From assembly GCA_965206595.1 (NCBI GenBank), contig OZ242214.1, forward strand, positions 6,720,001 through 6,784,000: DNA of 64,000 nucleotides, read 5' to 3'. The translations under genes were made by a program, and so were the position numbers. The DNA is from Candidatus Latescibacterota bacterium (lineage in GTDB: Bacteria; Latescibacterota; UBA2968; UBA8231). Numbering within the stretch: the stretch's first letter is position 1; each line of letters begins with the position of its first letter. Below the pieces are notes generated by a model. The model had not been told where the DNA came from. It did no database searches and saw only the letters and a list, made by a program, of their open reading frames with translations. Shown piece after piece: positions 61,958 to 64,000 of the stretch.

Positions 61958-64000
61958 TTATATTAGCATCACCTCATCGCCGAGCGCATCCGCGTCCTCC
62001 CAAAGGAGGCCGACATCTTCTTGATAGAGGCTTTGAGTGAAGAGAACGGCGAACTGGTCACCGAAGCGTTCCTGTGCCTCAAAATAAACGTGATTATTTT
62101 TTACAAGTTGTTCTCGGAAGCGAGGATAAACTTGCACAATATAAGGTTGGAGCCGTCGCGCCACCCCGCCAACTCGTTCAACATATGCGAGATCACGCAT
62201 GGCCTTACGCGCTTCCTCTTCTCGGGCGACGATCACCGGCTCAAGTCCACTCTGAATCAGGCGAAACGTCTCGCCAACTTCGCGGAAGGAGAACGAAGTG
62301 CCGTGCTTACTCATCTTGAACTTTTGCAAGAAGTCATCGCCAAGCCCCTCTCCTTTGCGCCAGTACACCTCTTGGAAGTAGTCTTCCATAGCCTCTGGCG
62401 ACAGCAGGTCGTCGTGGCGACCCATGATGCGCTCCATATCTCCGGCAAGCTGGCGCAGTTCAGGCGGACTTTGATGTTCCTCGGATTGGAACGCGGTGAC
62501 AATGCTGTTTGCAACATCTCGTCGACCCTCCCTATTACACCGCCCAGCAGCTTGGGCAATCGAATCAAGCCCTGCCTCGGCCCGCCAAACCCTCGGAAAA
62601 TCCAAATCAACGCCTGCCTCAACCAGCGAGGTAGCAATCAATCGGCACGGCTTGCCTGCCTTTAACCGCTGGCGCACATCCGCAAGGATGCGGCGGCGAT
62701 GCACTGCGTATTGCCGCGTACTCAGATGCACGACGCCCTCAATGTCTGCTTCACGGGCTTGCCGAAAGAGGTCCAAGGCATGTTTCCGACTGTTGACAAT
62801 AACCATGCCTTGCACCGTTTGCGTGAGAGCGGCGCATAGGCTCTCGTCGCTTAGTACGCCCTCGTGGGCGATGGTGACGCGGGCAAGCCTCTGGTGCAAG
62901 CGCGGCGGGTCAGGTGCGAGTTCGCGGACTTGGTCAAAGCCCCCTTCGAAATCAGGTGCCTTGAGTGCCGGTTGGGTCGCGGTGCATAATACTATTGAAG
63001 AACCATAGTTACGAGCTAGTTCATCAAGAACAGCAACCGAAGGCCGTAGTACATGTAGGGGGATAGTCTGCGCTTCGTCGAGGACAATGACCGCACGAGC
63101 CAAATTATGCAGCTTGCGGCACCGCGACGGCCGATGAGAAAACAGGCTCTCAAAGAGCTGGACGTTGGTGGTCGCGACGATGGGGGCCGCCCAGTCCTCC
63201 ATGGCGAGCCGCAGTTTATCGGCTCCCTCCCGATTTGTGGACTTACTTTCGTCAATAGACGAATGATGTTCTAGGACGACGCCCTCACCCAGCACATCGC
63301 GGAAAATCGCTGCGGTCTGGTCAATCACTGAAGTAAAGGGAATAGCATAGATGATGCGCTCAAGCCCGTGTGCTTTGGCATGGTCGAGAGCAAAGGCGAG
63401 GGAAGTCAGCGTTTTGCCGCCGCCGGTCGGTACATTGAGCGAGAACAGGCCCGGAGAGTAATGGGCTTGAGCCCGAACATGCTTCAGAATTTCGCGGCGT
63501 AGGTGATTGACCTTCCCTTTGCTATCAAATCCTGCGAGGTGATCATTGAGCCTATCGCGTAGCGGATCAACTATTTCTGGGAGCGTCGGCCAGTCGCGGT
63601 CAACGGCCTCGCCTTTTGCATCAGCGTAAAAGCCCTCGGTGTCGCGGAAGTCTGCGTCAACGAGGCACGAGAAGATCATCCGTGTCAAAAAGGAGAGCTG
63701 AAACACCGTCGTCTCACGGTCTTTCCCTAATGTGAACCCTTCGGGCCAAAGACCAGTAGCATCTGGCCGAATTTCCAGATCCCAAGTCGAGTCAAGCGGG
63801 TCGAGTGTCTTTTTTAGCCGCTCGTCAAGCGAATTGAGTGAACCGGTCCCGCTTTGCATATCCGGCAGGCCAGCGTGGTGCCCGGCGATGGCATAAGCGA
63901 TGAGTTGCGCCATTGCCCGATCCATATCTGTTTCTACCACGGTGTTGACAATTTTTGCGCCAGCGGTCGCGTGATCCACCGCTGGGCCGCCGTGCAGGCG
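61958..64000 (-). CDS. cas3: Cas3 HD nuclease-helicase, 5' end outside window
   Basis: IAGHHAGL, LVDAD, PTGGGKT, LDEAQ, CTATQP, EAGVDLD, QAAGRCNR. Confidence 0.97.
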   Translation of the reverse strand, partial: RLHGGPAVDHATAGAKIVNTVVETDMDRAMAQLIAYAIAGHHAGLPDMQSGTGSLNSLDERLKKTLDPLDSTWDLEIRPDATGLWPEGFTLGKDRETTVFQLSFLTRMIFSCLVDADFRDTEGFYADAKGEAVDRDWPTLPEIVDPLRDRLNDHLAGFDSKGKVNHLRREILKHVRAQAHYSPGLFSLNVPTGGGKTLTSLAFALDHAKAHGLERIIYAIPFTSVIDQTAAIFRDVLGEGVVLEHHSSIDESKSTNREGADKLRLAMEDWAAPIVATTNVQLFESLFSHRPSRCRKLHNLARAVIVLDEAQTIPLHVLRPSVAVLDELARNYGSSIVLCTATQPALKAPDFEGGFDQVRELAPDPPRLHQRLARVTIAHEGVLSDESLCAALTQTVQGMVIVNSRKHALDLFRQAREADIEGVVHLSTRQYAVHRRRILADVRQRLKAGKPCRLIATSLVEAGVDLDFPRVWRAEAGLDSIAQAAGRCNREGRRDVANSIVTAFQSEEHQSPPELRQLAGDMERIMGRHDDLLSPEAMEDYFQEVYWRKGEGLGDDFLQKFKMSKHGTSFSFREVGETFRLIQSGLEPVIVAREEEARKAMRDLAYVERVGGVARRLQPYIVQVYPRFREQLVKNNHVYFEAQERFGDQFAVLFTQSLYQEDVGLLWEDADALGDEVMLI

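Overview
High-GC bacterial chromosome window. The secreted proteins with FlgD-like or SWGx[IV]K C-termini, a DUF6785-like membrane protein, near-identical WD40 repeats and a PhyH dioxygenase suggest a Latescibacterota/Gemmatimonadota-like lineage, possibly a sponge symbiont (inference). Layout: (1) 1-13 kb: housekeeping and carbohydrate genes (RRM protein, FGGY kinase, EamA, tRNA-Asp, def, larE, ATP-grasp ligase, large secreted lyase-like protein). (2) 13.6-24 kb: a WD40+FlgD gene split by an 8.3-kb insertion flanked by an 8-bp direct repeat, carrying an IS1595-family transposase, RadC and secreted beta-propeller cargo. (3) 24-28.6 kb: hicAB back-to-back with the hen1-pnkp RNA repair operon. 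(4) 31-33 kb: ECF sigma/anti-sigma operon whose upstream motif recurs before a Spy/CpxP-like gene at 46 kb. (5) 33-40 kb: defence/IS island (IS1595, IS5, broken nuclease, type II RM, MNT-HEPN, AAA-DUF4143). (6) 40-51.6 kb: sugar/sugar-acid catabolism. (7) 51.7-64 kb: type I-C CRISPR-Cas with about 66 repeats; cas3 runs off the window end. Best candidate for an undescribed system: degenerate CRISPR repeats inside the cas operon, one before the cas5 RBS, a repeat-42 nt-repeat mini-array bracketing the cas4 translation start, and a possible remnant before cas2. These suggest that Cas5d processes its own operon mRNA. All alignments and counts were done by eye, and some single-base frameshifts may be assembly errors.
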